Positions 1-10,429 of a DNA stretch of 20,000 nucleotides are shown one piece after another. The number at the start of each line of letters is the position of its first letter. Position 1 is the stretch's first letter. The notes under the pieces are model-generated. The model had not been told where the DNA came from. It ran no database searches and saw only the letters and a list, made by a program, of their open reading frames with translations. A program made the position numbers and the translations under genes. This DNA is from Chiloscyllium plagiosum (Eukaryota): the NCBI RefSeq assembly GCF_004010195.1, contig NC_057750.1:4445896-4465895 (forward strand), written 5' to 3'.

Positions 1-97
1 CTCTGCACCCTCTCCAAAGCTTCCACATCTTTCCGAAAGTGAGGCAACCAGAACTGCACACAGTACTCCAAATGTGGCCTAACCAAGGTCCTGCACA
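1..97 (-). mobile_element. CR1-type LINE fragment (ORF2 C-terminal region), cut by the window edge
   Basis: Reverse complement translates to LVRPHLEYCVQFWLPHFRKDVEALERVQ, the typical CR1 ORF2 C-terminal motif; similar to 4500-4590. Confidence 0.9.
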
Positions 98-654
98 TCA
101 CGTCTCTCCCTCCAGCTCTTCTGAGTTGGTTTTGTAAACACTCCCGCAATCTTTCTCTCAGTTTTCTAGAAGAGTTCAGGGGATTGATGCTTACTGCTGA
201 CTCTGAGCATTCGTTGGCCAGTTGGCTACTCTGTGCCATGAGCATTAAGCCCAAAACTGCTTCACTTTCGTTTTATAATTGCTGGATGTTTGAAGGATTG
301 AGGAGACAGGGCTCACTAATCACCTGTCTTGCAGGGTCAGGATTAATGAGATAATACAACACCGGGGCCAGGTCCCTTTGAAGACTTTGGCCTTTCCAGC
401 AATTAGCATCTGGAGACTGCAATTTCCAATTAACGCTTGGTGCACTCACTGAGGGGAGCAGCTAGGGATGGAGCTGGGGATTTATTTTAATTCCACACCA
501 TTACCAGCTCAATGACCAGACAGCATCTTAGTGCAACAGCTTTGTCTCTTTCGATCTTCTAATTGCAAACACAAGCACTGAAGGAGATGATGCTTTTACG
601 GGCCAGTTTACTGTGAATTAATTAAATTAAATATTGATAACCACCGAGGAGGGG

Positions 655-1350
655 GTGAAGGACTAGTTATATTATCGCTGGGCTTTAAACCCGGAGACCC
701 AGATAGTGTCCTGGAGACCTGGGTTTGAATCTTGCCCCTACAGGTGGTGGAATTTGAATTCGATGAGTAAAATGCATCTGGGTTTAAGAGTTTTTTGAAA
801 ATGTATCAATTTATGGGATGCAGGCTTCGCTGGCTGGGCCCAGCATTTATTGCCTGTCCCCATGAGAAGGTGGGGGTGAGCTGCCTTTTTGAACCGCTGT
901 TGTCTGTGTGCTGTTAGAGAGGGAATTCCAGGATTCTGACCCAGCCACACTGAAGGAACGGCGATATATTTCCAGGTCAGGATGGTGAGTGGCTCAGAGG
1001 GGAACTTGCAGGGGGTGGTGTTCCCATCTATCTGCTGCCCTTGTCCTTCTAGATGGAAGTGGTCATGGGTTTGGAAGGTGCTGTCTGAGGGTCTTTGGTG
1101 AATTCCTGCAGTGTATCTTATGGATGGTACACACTGCTGCTACTGAGAGTTGGTGGGGGAGGGAGTGGATGTTTGCGCATCTGACGATGACCATGAGACT
1201 GTTGGCGATTGTCGGATACCCCTTTAGGGCAGTAAACTGTCGTCCATTCCTGGTCTGGCACATGTCACTCCAGACCCACAGCGACGTTGCCAACCTTTAA
1301 CCACCCTCTGGGTAATTAGAGATGGATAATAAATGCTGGACCAGGCCATT
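655..1350 (+). mobile_element. tRNA-derived SINE split into two parts (about 655-790 and 1181-1350) by a LINE fragment
   Basis: B-box-like GGGTTTGAATC at ~721; the body resumes at CTGACGATGACCATG; tail AATAAATGCTGG at ~1328; related inverted copy at 15295-15600. Confidence 0.7.
811..1175 (-). mobile_element. 3' end of an L2/CR1-superfamily LINE
   Basis: Minus-strand peptides NIHSLPHQLSVAAVCTIHKIHCRNSPKTLRQHLPNP and QRFKKAAHPHLL, followed by the tail AATAAATGCTGGGCCCAGCCAGCG shared with the surrounding SINE. Confidence 0.75.
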
Positions 1351-1399
1351 CACAGGAATATCCTCAGACAGACTTTGACCCTTAGGCACTTTCGGAGAT

Positions 1400-1672
1400 T
1401 TCAAAGCTCATGACAAGATATCTCCCTCACATGAAAGACAGAGGCTTTAGAGAGAGAGAGAGAGAAAGAGACTGCTCTCAGACAGCGAGTGGTTACGCTC
1501 TGGAATGCACTGCCTAGGAGTGAGGTGATAGAATGTTCAAGAGGGGCATTCAGGTCAAAGGGTGTGCATGCCATGGGGATAAAGGCTGGAGATTGGCACT
1601 AGGGGATAGATCCCATGCAGGCACGATGGGCTGAGTGGCCTGCTACCGCACTGTAGCGGTCTTATGGTTCTG
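1400..1672 (+). mobile_element. Old, degenerate CR1 3' end containing an (AG)n microsatellite at ~1448-1470
   Basis: CAGCGAGTGGTT..CTGGAATGCACTGCC and ACGATGGGCTGAGTGGCC..CTGTAG..TATGGTTCT resemble the CR1 3' terminus. Confidence 0.65.
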
Positions 1673-1779
1673 AGGGGCGGAGAGGTTTCAGAAGAGAATT
1701 CCAGAGCTTCGGAAGCTGAAGGCACAGCTGTGAAGGAAATGGGAATACGTCAGAGATGCCAATGATTACAGTGTTCACT

Positions 1780-2670
1780 GAGGAACGGGAGGTGAAGAAT
1801 GCTGAGATTAGAGATAGAAGTTTGTTTACTCTGGATCACGTTGACATAAGGAGGGAAGATGTGTTGGGTAGGCTAAAGGATATTAGGGTGGGCAAATCCC
1901 CAGGACCGGATGGGATCTATCCCAGGTTGCTGAGGGGAGGCGAGAGAGGAAATAGCTGGGGCCCTGACAGATATATTTGTAACACAGGTGACTGGAGAGT
2001 TGCTCATGTTGTCCCCCTGTACAAGAAGGGTAGTAGGGATATTCCAGGTAACTACAGGTCAGTGAGCCTGATGTCAGTGGTGGGAAAGTTGCTGGAGAAG
2101 GTACCGAGGGATAAAATCTATTTATATTTGGAAAAGAATGGGCTTATCAGTAATAGGCAACATGGTTTTGTGCGGGGGAGATCGTGCCTTACCAACTTAA
2201 TAGAGTTCTTTGAGGAAGTGATCAGGTTGATAGATGAAGGAAGGGCTGTAGATGGCATAGACATAGACTTTAGTAAGGCGTTTGATAAGGTTGGTAAACT
2301 AATGGAGAAAGCGAAGTCTCATGGTATGCAGGGTGTTCTAGCGAGGTGGATAAAGAACTGGTTGAGTAAAAGGAGACAGAGAGTAGTAGTTGAAGGGAGT
2401 TTCTCGAAATGGAGAAGGGTGACCAGTGGTGTTCCACAGGGGTCAGTGTTGGGACCACTGTTGTTTGTGATATACATAAATGATACAGTTCTGGTCGCCA
2501 CGTTACCAAAAGGATGTGGAACTTTGGAGAGGGTGCAGAGAAGGTTTACAAAGATGTTGCCTGGTATGGAAGGAGCTAGCTATGAAGAGAGGTTGAGTAG
2601 GTTAGGATTGTTTTCATTTGAAAAAAGGAATTGAGGGGGAACCTGACTGAGGTTTACAAAATCATGAAGG
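1780..2670 (+). mobile_element. CR1/HER1-like LINE reverse-transcriptase fragment with internal deletions (dead copy)
   Basis: ORF 1756-2634 contains KSPGPDGIYPRLL, PGNYRSVSL, QHGF, DFSKAFDKV and SGVPQGSVLGPLLF; it jumps from IYIND directly to C-terminal sequence, so the catalytic FADD region is missing. Confidence 0.93.
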
Positions 2671-2789
2671 TGGGTGAAAGGAGGGATTTTTGGGAAGATT
2701 GTGGGATTGATGGTTAATCTTCTGAGCTCACAGTCATGTCCTTGCAGGTCAGACTGATCACAGAAACGATGATCCTATCCCTAACCTGA

Positions 2790-2930
2790 TCGCATTTCTA
2801 TAGCACCTTTCATAATCATAGGCCATCCCAAAGCAGTCACAGATCACGATGGAGATGCAGGGAACCCAGCAGCCAACTTCTGCACAGCAGGATCCCACAA
2901 ACAGCACCGTGGCCATTTTTGTTTTCGGTG
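2790..2930 (-). mobile_element. Ancient SINE fragment, probably Deu-domain/AmnSINE1-like
   Basis: Reverse complement has TGCTGTTTGTGGGATCCTGCTGTGCAGAAGTTGGCTGCT and the tail GCTTTGGGATG..TGAAAGGTGCTATAGAAATGC; family assignment is from memory. Confidence 0.55.
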
Positions 2931-3030
2931 GTTTAGATCAATGTACAAATATCACAAGGTGGTTCCTGATGCCTTGAACAAACCAATATGGGAAAATTAT
3001 CAATTATCATTTACCAACTTCATGCTTTAT

Positions 3031-3343
3031 TTAGATTAGATTAGATTCCCTAAGGTGTGGAATCAGGCCCTTCGGCCCAACCAGTCCACACCGACCCTCC
3101 AAAAAGCAACCCACCCAGACCCATTCACCCCTGACTAATGTACCTAACCCTATGGACAATTTCCCACGGCCAATCCACCCTGACCTGCACATTTTTGGAC
3201 TGTGGGAGGAAACCGGTACAAACCCACAAAGACATAGGGAGAATGTGCAAACTCCACGCAGACAGTTGCCTGAGGCGGGAATTGAACCCAGGTCCCTTGT
3301 GCTGTGAGGCAACAATGCTAACCACTGAGCCACCGTGCCGCCC
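3031..3343 (-). mobile_element. Full-length HE1-like shark SINE (tRNA head, V-domain, CR1-type tail)
   Basis: Minus strand starts GGGCGGCACGGTGGCTCAGTGGTTAGC (A box), has GGTTCAATTCC (B box) and ends in (TCTAA)n. Confidence 0.92.
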
Positions 3344-3464
3344 TATGGCATGGCTGAGGACTTTCTAGAACATTCCTCACATATTTCATGTTTCTATGTG
3401 TTTATAAATGATGCAGTCCAGCCACTTTCATAATGATACAAACTGTTTAGAGTTCACAGCCAGG

Positions 3465-3810
3465 GGTCACACAGCCCCAGGTTACAGTCCACGAGGTGAA
3501 AGTGAGGACTACAGATGCTGGAGAGTCAGAGTCGAATAGGGTGGTGCTGGAAAAGCACAGCTGGTCAGGCAGCATCTGAGGAGCAGGAGAGTCAACGTTT
3601 CGGGCATAAGCCCTTCATCAGGAATCTGTAAATCCAACAGGTTCATTTGAAATCACAAGCTTTTGGAATAGTCCGCCTTCCTCAGTGACTTCACCCAGTG
3701 AAGGAACAGCGTTTCGACAGCTTGTGGTTTCAAATAAACCTGTCGGACTACAACTTGGTGTCATGTGACTTCTGACTTTGTCCACCCCAGGCCAACACAG
3801 ACACCTTCAA
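3465..3810. mobile_element. Penelope-like terminal-repeat-derived inverted repeat, interrupted by a second element at ~3493-3630
   Basis: Left arm GTCACAC..CAGGTTACAGTCCA//TCCAACAGGTTCATTTGAAATCACAAGC is the reverse complement of the right arm GCTTGTGGTTTCAAATAAACCTGTCGGACTACAACTTGGTGTCATGTGAC; decayed hammerhead-like core near 3695-3720. Confidence 0.65.
3495..3625 (-). mobile_element. Penelope-like terminal-repeat fragment carrying a minimal hammerhead core
   Basis: Minus strand ATTC-CTGATGA-A-GGGC-TTAT-GCCC-GAAA-C-GTT-GACTCTCCTGCTCC; homologous copies at 9211-9330 and 14383-14545. Confidence 0.75.
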
Positions 3811-3839
3811 GTCAAGCTCAGAGTTCAGCTGAGGCATAA

Positions 3840-4725
3840 ATGTTCACAAAGAGGATTGATGAGGGCCGAGCAGTAGATGTGATCTATATGGATTTCAGTA
3901 AGGCGTTCGACAAGGTTCCCCATGGGAGACTGATTAGCAAGGTTAGATCTCATGGAATACAGGGAGAACTAGCTATTTGGTTACAGAACTGGCTCAAAGG
4001 TGTAAGACAGAGGGTGGTGGTGGAGGGTTTTTCAGACTGGAGACCTGTGACCAGTGGAGTGCCACAAGGATCAGTGCTGGTCCACTGCTTTTCATCATTT
4101 ATATAAATGATTTGGATGTGAACATAGGGGTTGTAGTTGGTAAGTTTGCAGAAGACACCAAGGTTGAAGGTGTAGTGGACAGCGAAGAAGGTTACCTCAG
4201 ATTACAACAGGATCTGGACCAGATGGGCCAATGGGCTGAGAACTGGCAGATGGAATTTAATTCAGATAAATGCGAAGTGCTGCATTGTGGGAAAGCAAAT
4301 CTTAGCAGAACTTAGACACTTAATGGTAAGGTCCTAGGGAGTGTTGCTGAACAAAGAGACCTTGGAGTGCAGGTTCATAGCTCCTTGAAAGTGGAGTCGC
4401 AGGTAGATAGGATAGTGGAGAAGGCGTTTGGTATGCTTTCCTTTATTGGTCAGAGTATTGAGTACAGGGGTTGGGAGGTCATGTTGCGGCTGTACAGGGC
4501 ATTGGTTAGGCCACTGTTGGAATATTGCATGCAATTCTGGTCTCCTTCCTGTCGGAAAGATGTTGTGAAACTTGAAAGGGTTCAGGAAAGACTTACAAGG
4601 ATGTTGCCAGGGTTGGAGGATTTGAGCTATAGGGAGAGGCTGAACAGGCCGGGTCTGTTTTCCCTGGAGCATTGGAGGCTGAGGGGTTGACTTTATAGGT
4701 TTATAAAATCATGAGGGGTATGGAT
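3840..4725 (+). mobile_element. CR1/HER1-like LINE ORF2 fragment (RT and C-terminal part), frameshifted
   Basis: Three successive ORFs give VDVIYMDFSKAFDKVPH, SGVPQGSVL, IYINDLD..KFAEDTK, WQMEFNSDKC and LVRPLLEYCMQFWSP. Confidence 0.95.
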
Positions 4726-4983
4726 TACCTCTCCCAGTTGGAGTTGGAAAAGAAAGAATTGCTAGACAGTCTGTAATCTGATTATTACTATAATCAAACA
4801 TGATCAATTATTCAAGTTCATAGCTAATGCAGATACATTTCCCCTTCATGGAACAGCTGATGACTTCCTGACCACACATATCCTGCATCGGTAACTCATT
4901 GGCAATGGACAGAATGATTCATCTGTGTCTGCAGTGAGTGTATTGGAACAGAGTGAATGGTAACTGTTCATCTTTGGTGAGGT

Positions 4984-5305
4984 ACACACATACATAGACA
5001 CACACACACACATATATACTCACAGACAGACACGTACATACAGCCACATACGCACACACAGACGCATATACACAGACCCACACAGATGCATGTACACACA
5101 CACTGACACATACACATGATACACAGACACACACACATGACACACAGACGCATATACACACACACTGACACAAATGACACATACACAGAGACAAACACAC
5201 ACACTCGCATGATACATAGACACACACAGACACATATACAGACACACACACATGACACATACACACAGACATAAACACATACACATGGACACACACACAC
5301 ACACA
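4984..5305. repeat. Degenerate (CA)n-rich microsatellite
   Basis: ACACACAT/ACACAGAC low-complexity tract; source of the spurious CV-rich ORFs. Confidence 0.95.
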
Positions 5306-5429
5306 GGCTGTTCAGGCAGGGGGGTGTCAACTGAAAACACCAAATCTGAGATTGATAAGAGTTCACAGAATCATTATGTCACAGACGGAGGCCATTCAAC
5401 CCATTGGACTTGCACCAGCCCAAGATATT

Positions 5430-5748
5430 ATCGAGCTGGAGAGGATTTAGAAGCGATTGACCAGGAAGTTACTGGAAATGAAGGGTTTGGGTTATAAGGA
5501 GAGGCTGGGATGTTTTTCCCTGAGGTGTGGGAGGTTGAGGGGTGACCTTATAGAAGTTTATAAAATCATGAGGGATATAGATAAGGTGAATGACAGTATG
5601 TATTTCCTCTAGATGGGGGATTTCAAGACTAGGAGGGATATTTTTAAGGTGAGAGGAAAGAGATTTTAAAAAGACATGTGGGATAAATCTTTTACACAGA
5701 GAGTGGTTCATGTGTGGAATGAACTTCCAGAGGAAGTGTTGGATGTGA
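5430..5748 (+). mobile_element. CR1 LINE 3'-region fragment
   Basis: GAGGGGTGACCTTATAGAAGTTTATAAAATCATGAGG and TTTTACACAGAGAGTGG..TGGAATGAACTTCC; highly similar to 11510-11740. Confidence 0.88.
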
Positions 5749-5759
5749 GAACAAAACAC

Positions 5760-6066
5760 ACCTGCCACTCACCTTGTCTACACCCCTCATTATTTTATAA
5801 ACCTCTATAAGGTCACCCCTCAACCTCCTACGCTCCAGTGAAAAAATCCCAGCCTATCCAGCTTCTCCTTATAACTCAAACCCCCATTCCCAGCAACACC
5901 CTGACAACTCTCTTCTGAACCCTCTCCAATGAAGGTAAGTGTGCTAAACGTCTTCTTAACCAGCCTGTCGATATGTAATGCAAACCTCAAAGAATTATGA
6001 ACCTGAACCCCAAAGTTTCCCTGTTGTATAACACCGCCCAAAGCCCTATTTTTAATTGTATAAGTC
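5760..6066 (-). mobile_element. CR1 LINE fragment, inverted relative to the preceding copy
   Basis: Minus-strand peptide GVQVHNSL..DRLVKKTFSTLTFI..GLSYKEKLDRLGFF, followed by AGGGGTGACCTTATAGAGGTTTATAAAAT. Confidence 0.88.
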
Positions 6067-6456
6067 TGGTGTAATTTTATAAGCCGTTGAACTGCCTTCT
6101 CAATCTTCCCCTCTGTCCATAACACCGATGTTTTGTGGGTCTGCCCATTGCACGTGTATCTGTGTGTGTGTGCATGTAAAGAACGTCTCACAAGGGTGTT
6201 ATAGTTTGAACTTGTGGAGATAGAACAAGTGAAAGTTGTTACCCTGTGGCTAGAACCTATTAATTTGTAATAAATAGTTTCCCTTATTAAATGTACAAAG
6301 TGCTTTCTATAAAATTGGGTCTTAAGAAGACAGGGAAATTGGGGATTTTGACAAACGTATTTAACTTTTGTGATGACTTCAGGAATATTGGGGCCTGATT
6401 TCCAGTGAGACATCACACAGATGAGATGGAGACATTGGTGCTGTTTGGTAAATCAG

Positions 6457-6462
6457 TTTATT
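6457..6462 (-). terminator. Candidate polyadenylation signal for the minus-strand Numb-family transcript
   Basis: Minus-strand AATAAA followed by CA dinucleotides about 10-20 nt downstream and a GT/T-rich tract (TGTCTCCATCTCATCTGTGTGATGTCT); TGTACTGTAC lies about 130 nt upstream. Confidence 0.4.
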
Positions 6463-6852
6463 GAATCTCACCTCTGGATAAACTGTGAAGCCAGACAGAG
6501 ATATCCATGTGTTAAATGATATAGGCCATTTTCACTACGGAAAGATCAATTCAGGGCCTTAGTGCATGTTGCTCTGCAGACCCTTAGGTACAGTACATGG
6601 TCACATTAACTAAAACCGATCGGGTGAGCTCATACTACGCACACGTTAAAGAATATTAAATATTCTCCACGGATTTATCAAGGAAGTCCTGCCTTTGAAA
6701 AACTATGATGGGCCCTTTCAGTCAATAGGAAGTTACCACCTGGCAAAGCTTTTAATTCAGTTGTTTTCTAGAAAAAGCTCTCCGTGTTGTGGAAGGAATG
6801 AGATTTGTGACAGGACCAAATGAAACCAACAGAAGAAAAAAGAATTCTTAGA

Positions 6853-7100
6853 TGGGTCGCCAACTTTGGATGGCCACGTTCACCGAGGTCTTATCACATG
6901 ACATACCTCCAGCCGCCCCACCCGGTCAAATAGCCATCTCTCCCCATGCCAATATTTTAAGAATCAACAGGGAAAAGCAAGTGTAAAGCTAGAAATAATG
7001 ATGTGTCTGTTGGGTTGGGGTTGGGCAGGCGATGTTCCTCCAACGCTGCTGAGGGGATCAACTTCATGTTTCTGGAAAGTTCTGGAGAGTTGTCAGCCTC
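6853..7100. mobile_element. Possible old non-autonomous DNA transposon (hAT-like degenerate terminal inverted repeats)
   Basis: GGGTCGCCAACT at ~6854 and AGTTGTCAGCCT at ~7089 resemble inverted GGGTTGCCAACT ends; no target-site duplication identified. Confidence 0.3.
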
Positions 7101-7304
7101 TGGTTCTCACTCTACATCCCCCAGATGCTGGTTGGCAGGAGAGACAGAGAAGATGGGGAAGATTTGGGGACATCAAGGAGGCCAGAGACGAGTTCAAGGG
7201 GACTATAAAGAATCCCCGAGACCACTGACAGAAATACAATAACTGCAGGGGATGCCACCGTGGTCCAATGGGACAAATCCTTAACAGGAACCGGTCAGGC
7301 AAGG

Positions 7305-7430
7305 AAATAAAACCAGGAATTGTGGATGCTGGAGACAAACAGAATTTGCTGTATTGAAGCTCAGCAGATCTGGCAGCATCTATGAAGGGGAAAGCAGAGT
7401 TTTGAATTCAGTGACTGTTCCTCAGAACCT
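7305..7430 (-). mobile_element. Decayed Penelope-like terminal-repeat fragment
   Basis: Minus strand GTTCTGAGGAACAGTCACTGAATTCAAAACTCTGC..GATGCTGCCAGATCTGCTGAG..CTCCAGCATC; related to 8745-8950. Confidence 0.55.
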
Positions 7431-7699
7431 GTTAGATAATATTGGTCGGGTTGGGGGCTGGGCAAGTTATCTGGTGTCTATTTTCAGGGGACAGTCAATG
7501 GGCATGTACTCTAGATCCTTTCAAAAGGAACGCAGAAGAGAAAAGGGTAAGCCATGCTGAGAGGAGATGAGGTAGATATAACAGGGCAAGGCTTGCGCAC
7601 AGCATATAACACCAGTAGAGGGGCCGAACAGACTGCTCCAGGGGTGTCCATGTTCCAGGAGAGCTCAAAGGTTGAGGGACTGGGGAAACACAGCAAAGA

Positions 7700-7802
7700 T
7701 GATATGGGCCAAATGCTGGCAAACGGGATTAATTTCGGATATGGTGGTTGGCATGGACGAGTTGGCCTGGAGCTGTCTCTGTGCTGTACAGCTCTATAAC
7801 TC
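7700..7802 (+). mobile_element. CR1 LINE 3' terminus
   Basis: GATATGGGCCAAATGCTGGCAAA..GGCATGGACGAGTTGG..TGCTGTACAGCTCTATAACTC; similar to 13340-13455. Confidence 0.75.
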
Positions 7803-8744
7803 AGAGAGAGAGCAGCTTTTACACCAGTTTAACATGGGTTTCCAGTTCTATCCAGAGATAGTGCAGAGTTGAGACGACTCGCATTTCTGACTTGGTCCCA
7901 GACCCGAATATGTACCGTTACTGCAGATGGTGGGGATGGGAAGAAAATAAAGAAATGGGGCCCTAGCTCACAGATATCTGGGGATATTTTGGTGACACAT
8001 TTTAATCGGATGAAAGGGGACAGCATAATTTAAACACAGACGACATTCACAGAATCATTCTGGCACACAGAGCGAGACTGTTTGACCATCGCGTGACAGA
8101 TGTGACAACAAATGTGGTGTGGAACAGATATGAGAAAAGGTGCCCCAGCTCCCAGACAAGGCTGTGACACAAACGCACACGTTCGATTCTTGGTCCCGGT
8201 CACAAACGGTGAAGAGCAAAGGTCCCTGAAAAGGAGATTTCTGCCTTTGGATGACGACACAATTTCTCAAAAGGCCCGACAAGTTCTCCGAACGGATTCC
8301 CCCTCCTGGCTAGGACAATGTTTGGTAGTATTACTTACAGCTTAATAAACATAACTATTTTAAAATATATATTAATACATATAAAATAAGAATTTGGCAT
8401 TAAGTTAAAACCCCCAAGATGCAACATTTTTCTTTCGCCCCCCTTCTTACATCGAGAGGTTGCAACAATTGCAGTGTACAAAAAAACACATTGTTTGCTC
8501 TAACAGCCCCACCCTCAGAAAACCCTTCCACTTGCACAGCCTGAGGGTGGGTGGGAGGTACCGACCATCCCAAACCAACTCCCCACCGCACCCCGGGATA
8601 ACCTTCCCAAACCTGTGGAGGGATAGAGCTGAGCTACAGGCCACAGTCCCGACTGCGTCAGGGGTGTTCACACTCGAGAATGTGCAGAGGACCCTGAAGG
8701 TGGCTCCCACCAAAACCAAAAACATTCACCCCCTTTCTCTCTCT

Positions 8745-8950
8745 CTCTCTTTCCACAGACATTGCCAGACCTGCTGGGTTTCTCCAGCAATCTCCACCTT
8801 CCTTCCAACATTTCCTTTTGGTGGATTTTGACAGGCCTCCATATTAAATGGGGGGGGGGGGGTGAGCGTTAGAAATTGCTGGAGAAACTCTAGTGGAATC
8901 TTGTGGAGAGAGAAACAGGGTTTGGAGTCCAGTGACCCTTCTTCAGAACT
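8745..8950. mobile_element. Two inverted Penelope-like terminal-repeat fragments (8745-8795 + and 8870-8950 -)
   Basis: TTTCTCCAGCAAT versus ATTGCTGGAGAAA; minus strand CTGAAGA-A-GGGTCACTGGACTC-CAAAC is a decayed hammerhead core. Confidence 0.55.
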
Positions 8951-9210
8951 GGACAATGGTGTTCTGTTGCCTTAATGTGACCCTCCCCAGACTCAACCAG
9001 TACCACTCCTCCATTTCACATTCCTTGTATCCACGGGCTGTTTTCATGTGTGTTTTTCGAGTCTGGTTTTGAGTTGGGGCGATGGATGATGCCTGAAGGA
9101 CAACGTGAATTTGGAAGGACCTGCCTCTCTGATACTGGAGATGATGAGGTTCAGCCAATTATGGCTCCCCTAGGGGTTTGTGAACTTTATTCCTGATTCC
9201 TCTTCCCCTC

Positions 9211-9330
9211 ATTCCTGATGAAGGGCTTTTGCCCGCAACGTCGATTTTCCTGCTCCTGCCTGATCGGCTGTGCTTTTCCAGCACCACTCTAACCTTGACT
9301 CTAATCTCCAGCATCTGCAGTACCCACTCC
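9211..9330 (+). mobile_element. Penelope-like terminal-repeat fragment with a mutated hammerhead core
   Basis: CTGATGA(9215-9221)-A-GGGC-TTTT-GCCC-GCAA-C-GTC; GAAA is changed to GCAA; same family as 3495-3625. Confidence 0.75.
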
Positions 9331-10429
9331 CCCTAGGAGTTTGCCAACCTTTCAACGCTGCCCTTCACGACCAAATAGCCCACTGGGTTCGCAATCGCTG
9401 CTGAGGGTTTCTCTCTGTGGCAGTTGGGTTTGCGCTGCCCTACACAGCCAAATAGCACCTCAAGACACATCCAGGCCTAAAGACAGTGACTGGGCCAACC
9501 CTGTACCCCACCCTGCGCTGACAAGGAAGGAAACGGGAAATCTCTGGGTTTATAGGAAAATGAAGATGCCGAGAAAAATGCCCCTTCCCTTTACCAGCTT
9601 TGCAAAGAACCTTTTCCAATCCATCGCAAAGATAGATTTTTTAAAAAATTAATTTAATGTGATATATTACTCGTACTCCATTTTAAAAAAAAATTAAATT
9701 GCATAAACCACAACAGTTTATAACTATTTAAGAAAACGCCGTAATTTGGTCCACACTGGAATACAGTGAGGGGATTGTTCAGGTCATTTTGTATGGAATG
9801 ATTTAATTAAAGTTCAAATTGGGCAGTTTTCCTCTCAGTTGGAGTCTCCGCTCTCAGGACGTCTCTTAGAGCTGACAGAGAGGCAGATTACCACTGCGAG
9901 AGGAGGTCCAGGCTGACTAAAGATCTAATACGAGCGAGTACTGCTCAAAGCGACACCATTCGTCAGTGAAGCTGCGTGTAGGTTCCCCCTGACGATGGGC
10001 TGTGAAAACATGGTGCGGGCTTGTCACATCGCTACAGGTAGGCGGACGATTGGAGGTGCTTACGAAGGAGGTGGTCGGTCAATTATTTAAGAGGTTAATG
10101 AAACGCCAAGGTCCTTAGATTTAAAGGAATCAGCACCACAAAAGTTTAGCCTCTAGAATCACGTTTTCCAGAGTAGACCATTTAGCCCACACTGCCAGCT
10201 CTATAGCTACCTGCTTTGTCTGGATTCCCTCATCTATTTTAAATGTTTCTTGACAAATAAGTGTCTGATTACTTTCCAAAAGCAACAGGAAATTCTGACT
10301 CCACCCGAATGGCGATAACAAACCCTGCCCAGATCTCCCACGATCCCTGGTGACCCTCCAGACCTTCCCTTTCTCTACAATGGAATCATAGAAATGGCCA
10401 ATGAACTCAAAAGACACCACCTCCATTGT

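Noticed and set aside
1756..2634. 292-aa RT ORF as an active or domesticated gene
   Set aside because: Internally deleted CR1 copy lacking the catalytic FADD segment, with out-of-frame stretches; the open frame looks fortuitous
4919..5366. Cys/Val-rich ORFs
   Set aside because: Translations of a (CA)n-type microsatellite
5820..6416. 198-aa minus-strand ORF
   Set aside because: C-terminal half is CR1 ORF2 remnant, and the N-terminal half is AT-rich non-coding-like sequence with no recognisable homology
9989..10025. CTGACGA...GAAA as another hammerhead
   Set aside because: No plausible stem II between the core strands and no convincing stem III/NUH
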